DNA from: Daphnia carinata
Taxonomy: Eukaryota
DNA: 64,000 bases
Assembly: GCF_022539665.2 (NCBI RefSeq)
Contig: NC_081333.1
Span: forward strand, 6,138,001 to 6,202,000
Direction of reading: 5' to 3'
The notes beneath the pieces were generated by a model that saw only the letters and a list, made by a program, of their open reading frames with translations, ran no database searches and was not told the origin of the DNA. The translations under genes and the position numbers were made by a program. Shown piece after piece: positions 11,494-22,629 of the stretch; within the stretch, counting starts at the first letter, position 1; every line of letters begins with the position of its first letter.

Positions 11494-14269
11494 ATATTGA
11501 TTTGTATAAGTTGTATACCAAAAATTACAAAACGTTCATAGCTCAGTCATAAGGCTTTGGCGTGCAAGTTTGGAAGTCGGTGGTTCAACCCTACATAGTG
11601 ACTGATTGTATTTCATTGCTTATACATTTCAGATCACTCTTTTTAAAAATTTTGAATTTTTTTTTATTCAAGAGAGATTGTTAATTCATTTTAATCATCC
11701 AAAGCTAACATTTTTCCAATTACTATTACTTCCCTGGGTTCGCCTAAATTCCGGTTATAAATCAGAAACTTCGTCACCTTAGCCAGCTTACAATATTCAT
11801 CTAACCTGTGATGGGAATTCATTTTTTTACATAAGCTCCCATGGCACTAATTTGGGACATCAGACTATAAACTAAATAACATTGGTAGGTTGTGTTTCGA
11901 TTATAAATCAACAGTGGTATAGTCGTACGGTGTTGGAACACCAACTCGGAGGTTGGTGGTTCAATACCAGTTGGGGCTCTCGTGCAAATATTTATTTATT
12001 ACTTGTAATTTTTAATCTTATTTTGTGAGATTTTATACAATCGCCAAAGACACTTTAAACAAACGCAATATCAACAAATCTTGGTATTAATAGATTCGTT
12101 TAAATGTTCTCCACGGGGCTGTTAAATATTTTATGAAAATAATATGACAATATTCATCTAACCAATGATTTAAATTCTTATATTTTTTACATAAGCCCCC
12201 GTGACGCTAATTTCGTACAGCAGACTACATACAAGTAGACATGTTATGTTTTTCAATAATTTTACACTCACCATGGCATAATTGTAAGATGTTGAATTGT
12301 CAACAAAAAGGCTAATGTTTCTATACCGTATGGAAACTATACAACTACTTGTATTTCCTTTTTTCTTTGAATTTTTTCGTATTTGATGAGATATTTTAAA
12401 TTCAATAAGAACATCCTAAACTAAAGCATATAATCAATACTGGTATAAATAGATTCGTTTAAGTTTCCTCTACATGGCTGTTAAATATTTTATGAAAATC
12501 ATATGAAAATATTTATATAATGGGTGATTGTAATTCTTATATTTTTTACATAAGCTCCCGTTGAAATCACTAAAAATACCTCACACTACTACAATATCAA
12601 TAATATTAGGATAAATAGATACGTTTAAGTTTTCTCTACATGGCTGTTGAATATTTTATGAAAATCATGTGAAAATATGCATCTAATCGGTAATTGTAAT
12701 TTTTATGTTTTTCCCATAAGGCCCCATGACGCTAATTTGGGACAGCAGACTACATACATTAATACATGTTATGCTTTTTAATAATTCTTTGTTAACCATG
12801 GCATAGTCGTAAGACGTTCGATTGCCACACTAAAGGACAATGGTTCTATACTGGCAAGCCAAAATTTTTAAGTTTCGTTTTCCTCATCTTAATCATTTTA
12901 TAAAAATCATGTGAAAATATGCATCTAATCGGTAATTGAAATTTTTATGTTGTTCACATAAGGCCCCATGACGCTAATTTGGGACAGTAGACTACATGCA
13001 AAAAGACATGCTATGATTTTTAATTCTTATTTGTTAAGCATGGCGTAGTCGTAAGACGTTTGATTGCCACAGTAAAGGATAATGGTTCTATACTGTCAAC
13101 ACACCATTTTTAAATTTCGTCTTCCTCATTTCCTTATTTTTCCTTTTTTGTGAAATATTTTGAAATCACTAAAGATACCTCACACTACTTGAATATCATT
13201 AAAATTAGGATCAATAGATTCGTTTAAGTTTTCTCTACATGGCCATTGAATATTTTATAGAAGTCATGTCAAAATGCGCATCTAATCGGTGATTGCATTT
13301 TTATGTTTTTTTACATAAGCTTCCGTGACGCTAATTTGGGACAGCAGACTACATACTAAATGACGTCCTAGGCTTTTCTATCAAGTTGTGTTAAACATGG
13401 CATAGCTGTAAGACGGTGGATTGCTGATATAAAGGGTGATGGATCTATACCGCTTTGGCACCACATTAATTTTTCATATCCTCATTTTTGAAATTTTCCT
13501 GTTTGGTGAGATATTTTTGAAATCACTAAGAACACCTTAAAATAAAGATATATCAATAATATTTGTGCCAATAGATTTGTTTAAGTTTTCTCTGCATGGC
13601 TGTAGAATATTTTGTGAAATCATGTCACAATATTGTCGCGATTATAACCTTGTAATACTAAATAGTCATGTCATGCCTTTAACAAAGTCGATGTCACGAT
13701 GGGCCTTTTGTGTTCATTGCATGGAAAACGTTGCTGTGTTGTTTTGTTATAGTGTACCAGGAAAAACTTTGTTCATGTTGTACCTAGAATTATCTTTTCT
13801 CAAGTCTATGAAGAACGTAGTTACTACTCTTTCGTTATTTGGAGTAGTTGTGTTTAGGAGCTAGTAGAAAATAGAGCGTTAATGTTGAAAGTCAATTCTG
13901 TGTTTGATTGAATATAAAGTGTTAGCGAGCTACTGGTTGTGCCTTAGCCAGTAGTGGTTAAACAGTGGATTGCCTGTAACGTTATTGCAGCAACTAACTG
14001 TGTTTTCATCATTGGCGAATAATCAACAAAGTGAAGTGTTTATGAATCAACTTATTCGTGTTTGTGGAAGTGTCCATTTTGCCCGTGACAAAATTGGTGG
14101 AGACGCAGGGTAAACGGACGCCACACGACCAGATTCTACAACCTCACGTGATCCCGTTTGTCACAGATGCCAACAGAACCACCCAGAACCTCGCGTTCTT
14201 AAGATAATCTTTTACCTATCCAAATTTATTTTTTCTTGTCGGTTAGTGTTAGTACGTCGTTTAACAAAG

Positions 14270-15352
14270 ATGTCGAGAAGAGGGAATAGACCAGACTTCG
14301 AAGAAGAACGAGTTAAGGAACGCGACCCCCCGATATTTAGTGGAACACCAGGGGAAGATGTAGTAGAATGGATTGCAACATTTGAACAAATTGCTGATCG
14401 TAACTTATGGAATCCTGTACGTCGAATGCGTGATTTCGCACTTTTTTTAGATGGAATAGCACGAAAGTGGTATCGCAGTCTTCGACCTGTACCTGCGAAC
14501 TACGAAGAATTGAAAACCGAGTTATTGAACGCTTTTAAAAACCCCAACTATGAATATAACTTGGAGACCCAACTTCGAAGTCGGTATCAAGGAGTTGATG
14601 AACCGGTTATGAGCTATTGCTTTGACGTAGCCTATCTGTGTTCAAAAATCGATCCCAACATGACAGAGAGTACGAAGATTAGTCATGTTTTACGTGGTAT
14701 AAAACCCACTCTTATGGAACGAGTATATCCGTTGATAGTTCCAGGGGTAACCGACACTAAAGCGTTATACCAACTTTTACAGCTCCATTCGCAAGCCTCT
14801 CACATGGCTAATAGGGGAGAATGGTCGGCCAGAGTACTAAATTCCACTTCTGATTCCGCATCACCAGTCATGGTTATAAATAGTACGAATACGACTTCCT
14901 AGGCTTATGTGACGCAGGATCAATTAAAAACTGCGATTGAATCGGTAGTCACTCACGATCAATTGAAGACAGTCATTACGGGAGTTCAGAATGATCCTTC
15001 GTCAGGGTTTGCGAGCATGGAGAAAATGCTTACCGGGATCTACGAACAAAAAATGGAAAAAAATGACCGATTCTTTCGGGATCAAGGCAGGAGATTTTAC
15101 CAGCCATCGGACTCGAGAGAAGAACGAGATTATCCGAAGGGGAGATTTCAAAATCATTATTCGAGAAATTCCCAGGAAATTATACGATGCTATACGTGTC
15201 AAATGACGGGGCATATGGCTCGAAACTGTCCTAACTTTGAGAAAAAATGTCATACCTGTGGGAAGCCTGGACATCTTGCTCGCGACTGCCAGAATCAAGA
15301 TAATTCCAGTTCGAACACACCATCTTCTAGTACATATGTTACAAAAAACTAA
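14270..15352 (+). pseudogene. Gypsy gag with two CCHC zinc knuckles and an internal stop at 14900-14902
   Basis: PPIFSGTPGEDVVEWIATFEQIA..FLDGIARKWY capsid motif; CYTCQMTGHMARNC and CHTCGKPGHLARDC. Confidence 0.88.
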
Positions 15353-15360
15353 GTAACCCG

Positions 15361-15690
15361 ATGACTCATGGAAGGAGTAATGTAGCCGTCACATGTACTC
15401 TTCCTTTGCTGGACCACACTTTAAATCTGGTTTTTAAGGATGTGGATTGCCATGGTCATCGGGTTAGAGCCGTCATTGATACGGGCGCGGGTATATCTGT
15501 GATCTCCCCTGAATTCCATCGTCAACTGTTTTCGGGAAGCGTAAAGAAGTGGGATGGTCCTAACATTTTGACGGCAGATGGGAAGTTTATGGTTCCAAGC
15601 GGGATTTGTAATATAGAAATAAAAATTGATGGGCATCTAATTTCGGTCACAGCGGCTATTTTATACATTAACGGATTTACTTTACTTTTG
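15361..15690 (+). pseudogene. Gypsy aspartic protease (pol 5' part, truncated)
   Basis: VRAVIDTGAGISVIS active-site motif; similarity ends near 15690. Confidence 0.85.
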
Positions 15691-18523
15691 CCCAAAAAGA
15701 ATGTCTAGCAGCTAACACCTCACACTTAACAGGTATGTGTTAATCTTTACGTTTAAGGAAGACTGGCCAGCTTATTCCATCTATTTTCAGGGAAAAGGCA
15801 GGATTTGTCTAATAGGACAATGAAAACCAAACTTTAAAAAAATTAGAAAAATAGAAGAAGAAGAAATTAAAAAAGAAAAATAACAAGAAGTGGTCCTGAA
15901 TTGCTAAACTTGCACAAGCCACCGAGGCAGCATCAGTGTCATCAACCTCTGATCCGACAGAGTTTGTCAAAACAGGTATTCCTGAACCAAGACCAACAAG
16001 TACACTGCTAACACAAATTTTCAACAGTGAAGGCTGCCTAGTATTCAGCTAATTTGATTTAGGAGAACTATCTTATCCCTCACCCATTCTGAACAAGACC
16101 ACTTTAGATTCAAAAGTGGCAACGATAAAAAAAAAACTCAAAGCCAAAGTGAAAATCTTGGATGGCCAAACTGAAGTTGAATGCGAGAAGTATTGAAGAG
16201 AAACAGGCATGGAAAGGTGCTCTGCAAAGAGCAGAAGGTTTTCAGGTAAACTTTCAATTTGACAAACATATTTTTAAAATTTTAAATAATTTAACCTTTC
16301 TGTATTGCAATAGGTGAAAAACAATGTGGAATTGCTTGCTAAATCTATTAAGAAACAAGATGAAATCAAATCAAATTGTAAAAGAAGTTGGCTGAACGCA
16401 TCGAAGAATAGGAAAAGAGAAAGGAATAACAACAGAAAACGAGAAAAGCCAACATTAAGAAAAAGAAAACTGAAAAGAAAGAACATAAACCGAATGAACA
16501 CCGCACACTTAACAGGTATGTCTAACATTTACATTTAAGGAAGACCGGCCAGTTTATTCCATTGATTTTCAGAGAAAAAGCTGGAATTGTCTGATAAGAC
16601 AACGAAAATCAAACTTTAACGGAAGTTAGAGGGAATGAAGAAGAAATTAAAAAGGAAAAGTAAGAAGAAGAGGTCCTGAATTGCCAAACATGCTCGAGCC
16701 ACCAAGGCAGCATCTGTGTCATCAACCTCTGGTCTTTCAGAGTTTGTTAAAACAGAAATTCCTGAAGCAAGACTAGCAAGTACTCTGCCAACACCGATTT
16801 TTAACAGTGGAGGCTGCCTAGTTTCCGGCAAATTTGACTTTGGAGAATTATCTAATTCCTCACCCATTCTGAATAAGACCACTTTAGATCCAGAAGTGGC
16901 AACGATTAAAATGAAAGAAAATAAAACTTAAACCAAAAATGAAAATCTTGGTAGGCCAAGCTGAAGTTGAAAATGCAAGAAGTATTGAAGAGAAACAGGC
17001 AAATGGTGCTCTGCAAATAGCTGAAGGTTTTCAGGTAAACTTTCAATTTGACAAAAATATTTGTAAGATCTTGAAAACTTTTAACCTTTCTGTATTGCAA
17101 TAGGTAAAAGACTATGTGGAATTGCTTGCCAAACCAATTAATGAACGAGATCAAATCAAATCAGAGAGTAACAAAAATTGCGCTGAACGAATCGAAGAAA
17201 AGGAAAAGAGAAAGGAATAACAACAGAAAAGGAGAAAAGCCAACATTAAGAAAAAGAAAACTGAAAAGAAAGAACATAAAGTGAATAAACTAAAGAAAAA
17301 AGGCAAATTTATCGCATGAAAGACTGATACTGACTGATGGATCAGCTAAACTTGTGTTCTTTCATGTGCAGCCATGTCGTGATAGTTTTTTAGAAAAATA
17401 CACTGATATGCCTTCCATGATCGTGGAAAATTTGAAGAAAAAAAATCTTAGATTCAATTTAAAAGGTTTAGTGTCTTCACTAATAAGAGACTCATAAAAA
17501 AAAATCCGTCGTAGTAGAAAATTGATTTGTCATTATTAGTAGCTTTGCTAACGTAAAGTGTAAAGCTTCCTTATATCTCAATGTAGTATGTGATGTGTAA
17601 TTAGGTAATCAATAGCTGCTTGAAAATGTACAAAAGGTGAAAACAGGACACGAAGAACGAACAAAATCATTTATAGCAGTAGGTTATGATTTTAATATAT
17701 TTATTGGGCTCTTTGTAATTGTTAAAAGAATGGAAAATGTATAAAGAATAAATAGTATTAGAATCAATATTGAATTACAATAGTCTTTGTTTTGGTCCTT
17801 GCCTCATACGATAGTTCAAGTTTGTACTATTATTCCTATAAACATTATTTATCAAATGTTAATAATAATAAACTAGTCTTCGTGGTAACATATTTTTGTT
17901 CCCAGCAACCACAAAAGCCCCGCGGAACTCATTCAGTTTCCTTATTCACAACGAATCAGTGGTCTTTACCTATGGCATAAGTATCGACAAAGGGAAGTTA
18001 TAAGGGAGATGGACTGGGGGTTGGGGGAATAATCAAAGAGGGTGGACAGAACAAGGCTAAGTGCGAAAAACATTAATTTCTTGTATTATATTAAAAAAAG
18101 CCGATAGTAGTTCAATAAACAAAAATTGTGAAAAATGAACTTTATTTAACGGCATATTAGCAATATATCAATACTAACATAATCCGAAATCAGATTGCTA
18201 ACGAATAAAAAGATTAACTAACGTACATACGCTAACATTGTTTGATCTCGGCAAACCTTATAGAAGGTAACGGTTTCAGCAACCTATGTACATTCCACTT
18301 TCCACGGAATAGGAGGTTGGAAATATATTTTGAAAATAAATATAAAGTTTGTGGGAACATGGAAATTAAACGGAGAAAAAGGCCCAGTCCAATGGAGAAA
18401 AAGGCCCACTTTTGAATTTGGAAAAAAGTGGGCCTTTTTCGTATGGGCCTTTTTCGTCTGGGCCTTTTTCGCGGGCCTTTTTCGTCTGGGCCTTTTTCGT
18501 CTGGGCCTTTTTCTCCGCCAATC
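15691..18523. mobile_element. One-ended MULE-like DNA transposon fragment replacing Gypsy RT/RNase H; contains two ~785-bp tandem copies of a degenerate K/E-rich spliced gene fragment
   Basis: Terminal 15-bp repeats TGGGCCTTTTTCGTC (18429-18512) ending CCGCCAATC; direct repeat ~15721-16497 vs ~16503-17281 with GT..AG mini-introns; no matching left TIR or TSD. Confidence 0.5.
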
Positions 18524-19908
18524 GCAAAATTCAGGCAATCGAATCGTTACAATCACTGGAGTGGGGTAGTGTAATTGCTGGATTGAAAGAAAATAAACCA
18601 ACGAGAGAAATCAAGAAAATGACGCGAAACTTCACATTGAGAGATGGAATTTTGTTTCGACAACATATACAAAATGGTGCAGCTCATTACCGTCTTTGTA
18701 TACCACTTCCACTACTAGAGGAGATTCTATTAGCATGTCACGATGACTTAACCGCCGGTCACCTTGGGAGAACCCGTACCATCAATAAAGTTGAGTCACG
18801 TTATTTTTGGCCAAGCATGCGGAAAGATATTGTTGAAAACATCAAAACCTGTATTGATTGTCAAAGCAAAAAGAAACCTTCACAAGCTCCCGCTGGTTTG
18901 CTAAACCCCATCAGAACACAACAACCTTTAGAAAAAATGGGACTGTATTTACTAGGACCTTTTCCACGTTCTAAATCAGGAAATAGACACATCATAATTG
19001 CCGTGGATTATTTCACGAAATTTGTCATTGCAAACGCGGGACCTTCAGCAGATACAAGACAGGTGGTGAATTTTTTTGTTCACCGGATCGTATTGCAACA
19101 TGGAGCACCGTTGAATTTGATTACAGATCGGGGACAATGTCTTGTTTCTAACTTTGCCGAAGAACTGTTCAAAGCCCTACAAAGTAATCACTTGGTGACT
19201 ACGGCTTACCATCCACAATGCAATGGTCTTGTTGATCGATGCAATCACACTTTTACACCAATGTTGTCTATGTTCGTGAATTCTTCTCATGATGATTGGG
19301 ATGAAGCGTTAGATTTTGTCACGTTTGGATATAACACCAGCAAACACGAGTCAACTGGTGTTAGCCCATTCTTTATGCTTTACGGTAGAGAAGCCATACT
19401 TCCCATAGATGCAGCGTTGGGTAACAATCCGAACCCTATTTACCTAGATGGATCTGATGCAAACTAGGTACAACAAATGATTCAGCGATTAACATTGGCA
19501 CTAGAGATGGTCAAGAGACGAATGCTAACAGTACAAAACCGTCAAAAGAAAAACTATGATGCTCATCATCGCCACACTAACTATTCTGTAGGCGATCTAG
19601 TATGGATTTATAGACCACTCCGGAAGAAAGGTCGTTCTGAGAAATTACTACATCGATATCATGGACCATTCAAAGTGTTTAAAAAATGCAAGGATCTCAA
19701 CTATATAGTTGAACTGCGGCGGGGAAGATTTAAAGTGAGCGATCGTGTTCATGTATCAAAAATGAAACCATTCTATAAGCGGCAAAGTTTAAATTCAAAA
19801 ACCTTTCTTCGGAAAAATACTACAAAGAAAAATAAAGGTAGGAAAGAACTAGAGGTTATTTCAGTATCATCAGATGTTTTCCGTGGAAATGACACAAGTT
19901 CCATATAA
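18524..19908 (+). pseudogene. Gypsy integrase (HHCC, core, GPF tail); stop at 19465-19467
   Basis: CHDDLTAGHLG..CIDCQ; IAVDYFTKF; LITDRG; TTAYHPQCNGLVDR; YHGPFKV..RVHVSKMKPF. Confidence 0.9.
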
Positions 19909-21200
19909 ATGGATTTTACAGATGCATCAGATGATCAACCGATTGAGACAAATGCTGCAGATGAAACTAGAATTGCCAAAAGCTCCTCAGATGACACGTC
20001 AGATGAGAGCGCAATCGAACGGATCTCTTCAGATGCTACCTATCAATCAACAGCCAAACGATCGCCAATGAAATCTACAGATGCACAAAAACTAAAGACA
20101 ACATTACCCTTGTCCATTCAAAGAGAAAGTAAAAGAAAACGTGTGATTTATGATAATCTGAGACCTCGGCGCAATGCGCAACCTACATCTCGTCTGGGCA
20201 TTAACGATTGATCGGGACGATCAATCTCGGAGGTGGGAGTAATGTCGCGATTATAACCTTGTAATACTAAATAGTCATGTCGATGTCACGATGGACCTTT
20301 TGTGTTCATTGCGTGGAAAACGTTGCTGTGTTGTTTTGTTATAGTGTACCAGGAAAAACTTTGTTCATGTTGTACCTAGAATTATCTTTTCTCAAGTCTA
20401 TGAAGAACGTAGTTACTACTCTTTCGTTATTTGGAGTAGATGTGTTTAGGAGCTAGTAGAAAATAGAGCGTTAATGTTGAAAGTCAATTCTGTGTTTGAT
20501 TGAATATAAAGTGTTAGCGAGCTACTGGTTGTGCCTTAGCCAGTAGTGGTTAAACAGTGGATTGCCTGTAACGTTATTGCAGCCATGCAAGTTTTCGCCA
20601 TTTGATGAGATATTTTGGAATCACTAAGAACACCTTATACTAAAGCAATATCATCAATACGGGTATCAATAGATTCGTTTAAGTTTCCTTTACATTGTTG
20701 AATATTTTATGAAAATCATGTGAGAATATTTATGTAATGGCTGATTGTAATTCTTATGTATTTTCCATAAGCTCCCGTGACGCTAATTTGGGACAGCAGA
20801 CTACATACAGAAAGACATGTTATGCTTTTGAACTATTTTGTGTTAACCATGGCATAGTCGTAAGGCGTTCGCTTGCCACTACAAAAGGGTAATGGTTCTA
20901 TACTGTCAAGTCAGTATTTTTAAATTTTTTAATCCCCCTTTCCTTTTTTCCTCTTTTTTGTGAGATATTTTAAAATCACTTAAGATAGCTTACACCACTA
21001 CAGTATCAACAATATTAGGATCGATTGATTCGTTTACGTTTTCTCTACATGGCTGTTGAATATTTTGTGAAAATCATGTTATAATATTCATCTAATCGAT
21101 GATTGCAGGTCCTCTGTTTTTCGCATAAGTTCCCATGACGCTAATTTGGGACAGCATACTGCGTACTAAATGACGTATTATAGTTTTCTAAATCGGTATG

Positions 21201-21272
21201 TTAAGGGTGGCGTAGTCGTAAGACTTGGGTTGTCAACTCGAAGATTGATGGTTCAAATCCAGTAGCAGAATA
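21201..21272 (+). ncRNA. Best-preserved tRNA-like (pseudo-tRNA / Pol III type-2 promoter) module of the array
   Basis: A-box-like TGGCGTAGTCG (21208); anticodon-like arm TTGGG-TTGTCAA-CTCGA; 5-nt variable loop; T-arm GATGG-TTCAAAT-CCAGT containing B-box GGTTCAAATCC; acceptor stem does not pair. Confidence 0.5.
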
Positions 21273-21878
21273 TGAAAAGATAGCTTTGAGTAATTTTTTC
21301 ACTTTTTATAACATTTTGTGAGATACTTTTACATCTGCAATGACACCGAATGACAGACTTGTTTAATCTTCCTCTGCATTTCTATTGCATATTATAAAAA
21401 TTATGCGACAATATTCATGTTATCGGTGAGTGCTATTCTTATGGCGAGCTGTATCATTCATTAAAATCTCGGTGACAGTGGCTCTGTCGTAAGATCTTGG
21501 CATGGTAATTATAGGATTGAAGGATCGATACTTAATGGGACAAATATTTATTATTTTCCATTATTGGTTTTTTATCACATTTTGTGTGATATTGTGGAAT
21601 TGCATGTTTGTAAGAAAAAGTAGGGAGTTTTAGTGAGTTTCTTGGGATCCTTTTGTGTGATTTTAGAGGACAAGAAAATAAAGGAATTTCTTCAACAATG
21701 AAAACAAAAAAAACAGTGTAATTTCACAGTAACATGACAAGTGGCTAGTAAAACAAGCGGTAAATGTATAAAAAAAACCTATTTGCTGGCACTTTTTTCT
21801 TCAACGTCTTTGTTTCTTTAAAGTAAAATAGACTGTATTAAATATCAAGCAGAAAACTGGAAACTGAAAAGCTTTTGC

Positions 21879-22629
21879 TTACTTGATAAAGGTGTCCATG
21901 CAAGTTGGACAACAAAAGCTGGTGATGCCATGTTTCTTAAGGTTATCCATACCGAAACAGGTCTCATGCATCCACGAATCACAAACCCTACATTGGTTGC
22001 AATCATCCTCTGTACCTGTGCTTTTACACAGCATACAGAGAACACGTAGCAACTTTTGTTGGGTTTCTTCGATAAAGGCAGAAGGATCCCCGACTCTCAA
22101 TCGTGCTTGAAGCCTCGATGAGCGACGTGATCCTCCTATAATGACCTTGTCTGCCGTCTTTTTGCCCTTTTTTCCTTTCGTCGTCGGACTGTAAAGCAGA
22201 AGAAATAATTATAAGTAATTAGGGAATTCAAAACATTAAAATAACTAAGTGCTACAACCATACCATGAAAACACACCATCTTTTGCCAAAGTGACAAGAG
22301 GAGTATTAGCCTCAGATGGCCCAGGTGTTGGCAGCGACTGGAAATGTCCGTTCCTACCAAAATTCTGTGTAATCGACATTTCTTAAAATGACAAATTTAA
22401 CTTACATTTCCATGTATTGGATGTATCCCTCATCCACGTCGTCGTAGAAGTCCTCATCCAACTGTGGCGCATTGGTTTTTTGAAGGAATTTTCCCTTTCC
22501 TGCACTTTTCCCAGTTTGCTGCTGCTTCCGCTTTTCCACCTCCGCCAAATGTTTTTTGGCTTTTTCTGCCGCCATTATTTTTTTTTTTTGGAAAATATCT
22601 GTGTCCAAAATTAGCGTCGGCTGTCCCAA
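21879..22629 (-). pseudogene. C-terminal remnant of the pogo transposase gene with a PHD finger
   Basis: CMLC..CRVCDSWMHETC..FCCPTC (C4HC3) preceded by Lys/Glu-rich exons; no HTH or DDE core seen. Confidence 0.65.

Larger units (their letters stand above)
13634..20583 (+). mobile_element. Ty3/Gypsy LTR retrotransposon, defective (RT/RNase H missing, 3' LTR truncated)
   Basis: 5' LTR 13634-14090 (TGTCGCG..CGTGACA); PBS TGGTGGAGACGCAGGG at 14095 (tRNA-Ala-like); PPT 20229-20242; 3' LTR 20243-20583 nearly identical but cut short. Confidence 0.92.
10710..21545 (+). repeat. Diverged tandem array of ~360-bp units (TIR-core motif + tRNA-like module), interrupted by LTR insertions
   Basis: TAAGCTCCC.TGACGCTAATTTGGGACAGCAGACTAC-like motif at ~10711, 11832, 12192, 12551 (truncated), 12717, 12959, 13316, 20768 and 21127; spacings 357-360 bp where units are complete. 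Confidence 0.85.

Noticed and set aside
14900..14902. Programmed stop-codon readthrough in gag
   Set aside because: The TAG is mid-gag, upstream of the knuckles, in an element with other inactivating lesions; simple decay is more likely.
18284..18601. Arg/Lys-rich protamine-like ORF (RRKRP repeats)
   Set aside because: Artefact of translating the 15-bp subterminal repeat.
19909..20211. env-like third ORF in the Gypsy element
   Set aside because: In frame with the integrase tail after a stop, low complexity, no signal peptide or transmembrane segment.
10710..21545. CRISPR-like array or cluster of functional tRNA genes
   Set aside because: Eukaryotic context with no cas genes, and the spacers are homologous to one another. 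The modules lack paired acceptor stems and the D-loop GG, so they are not called functional tRNAs.
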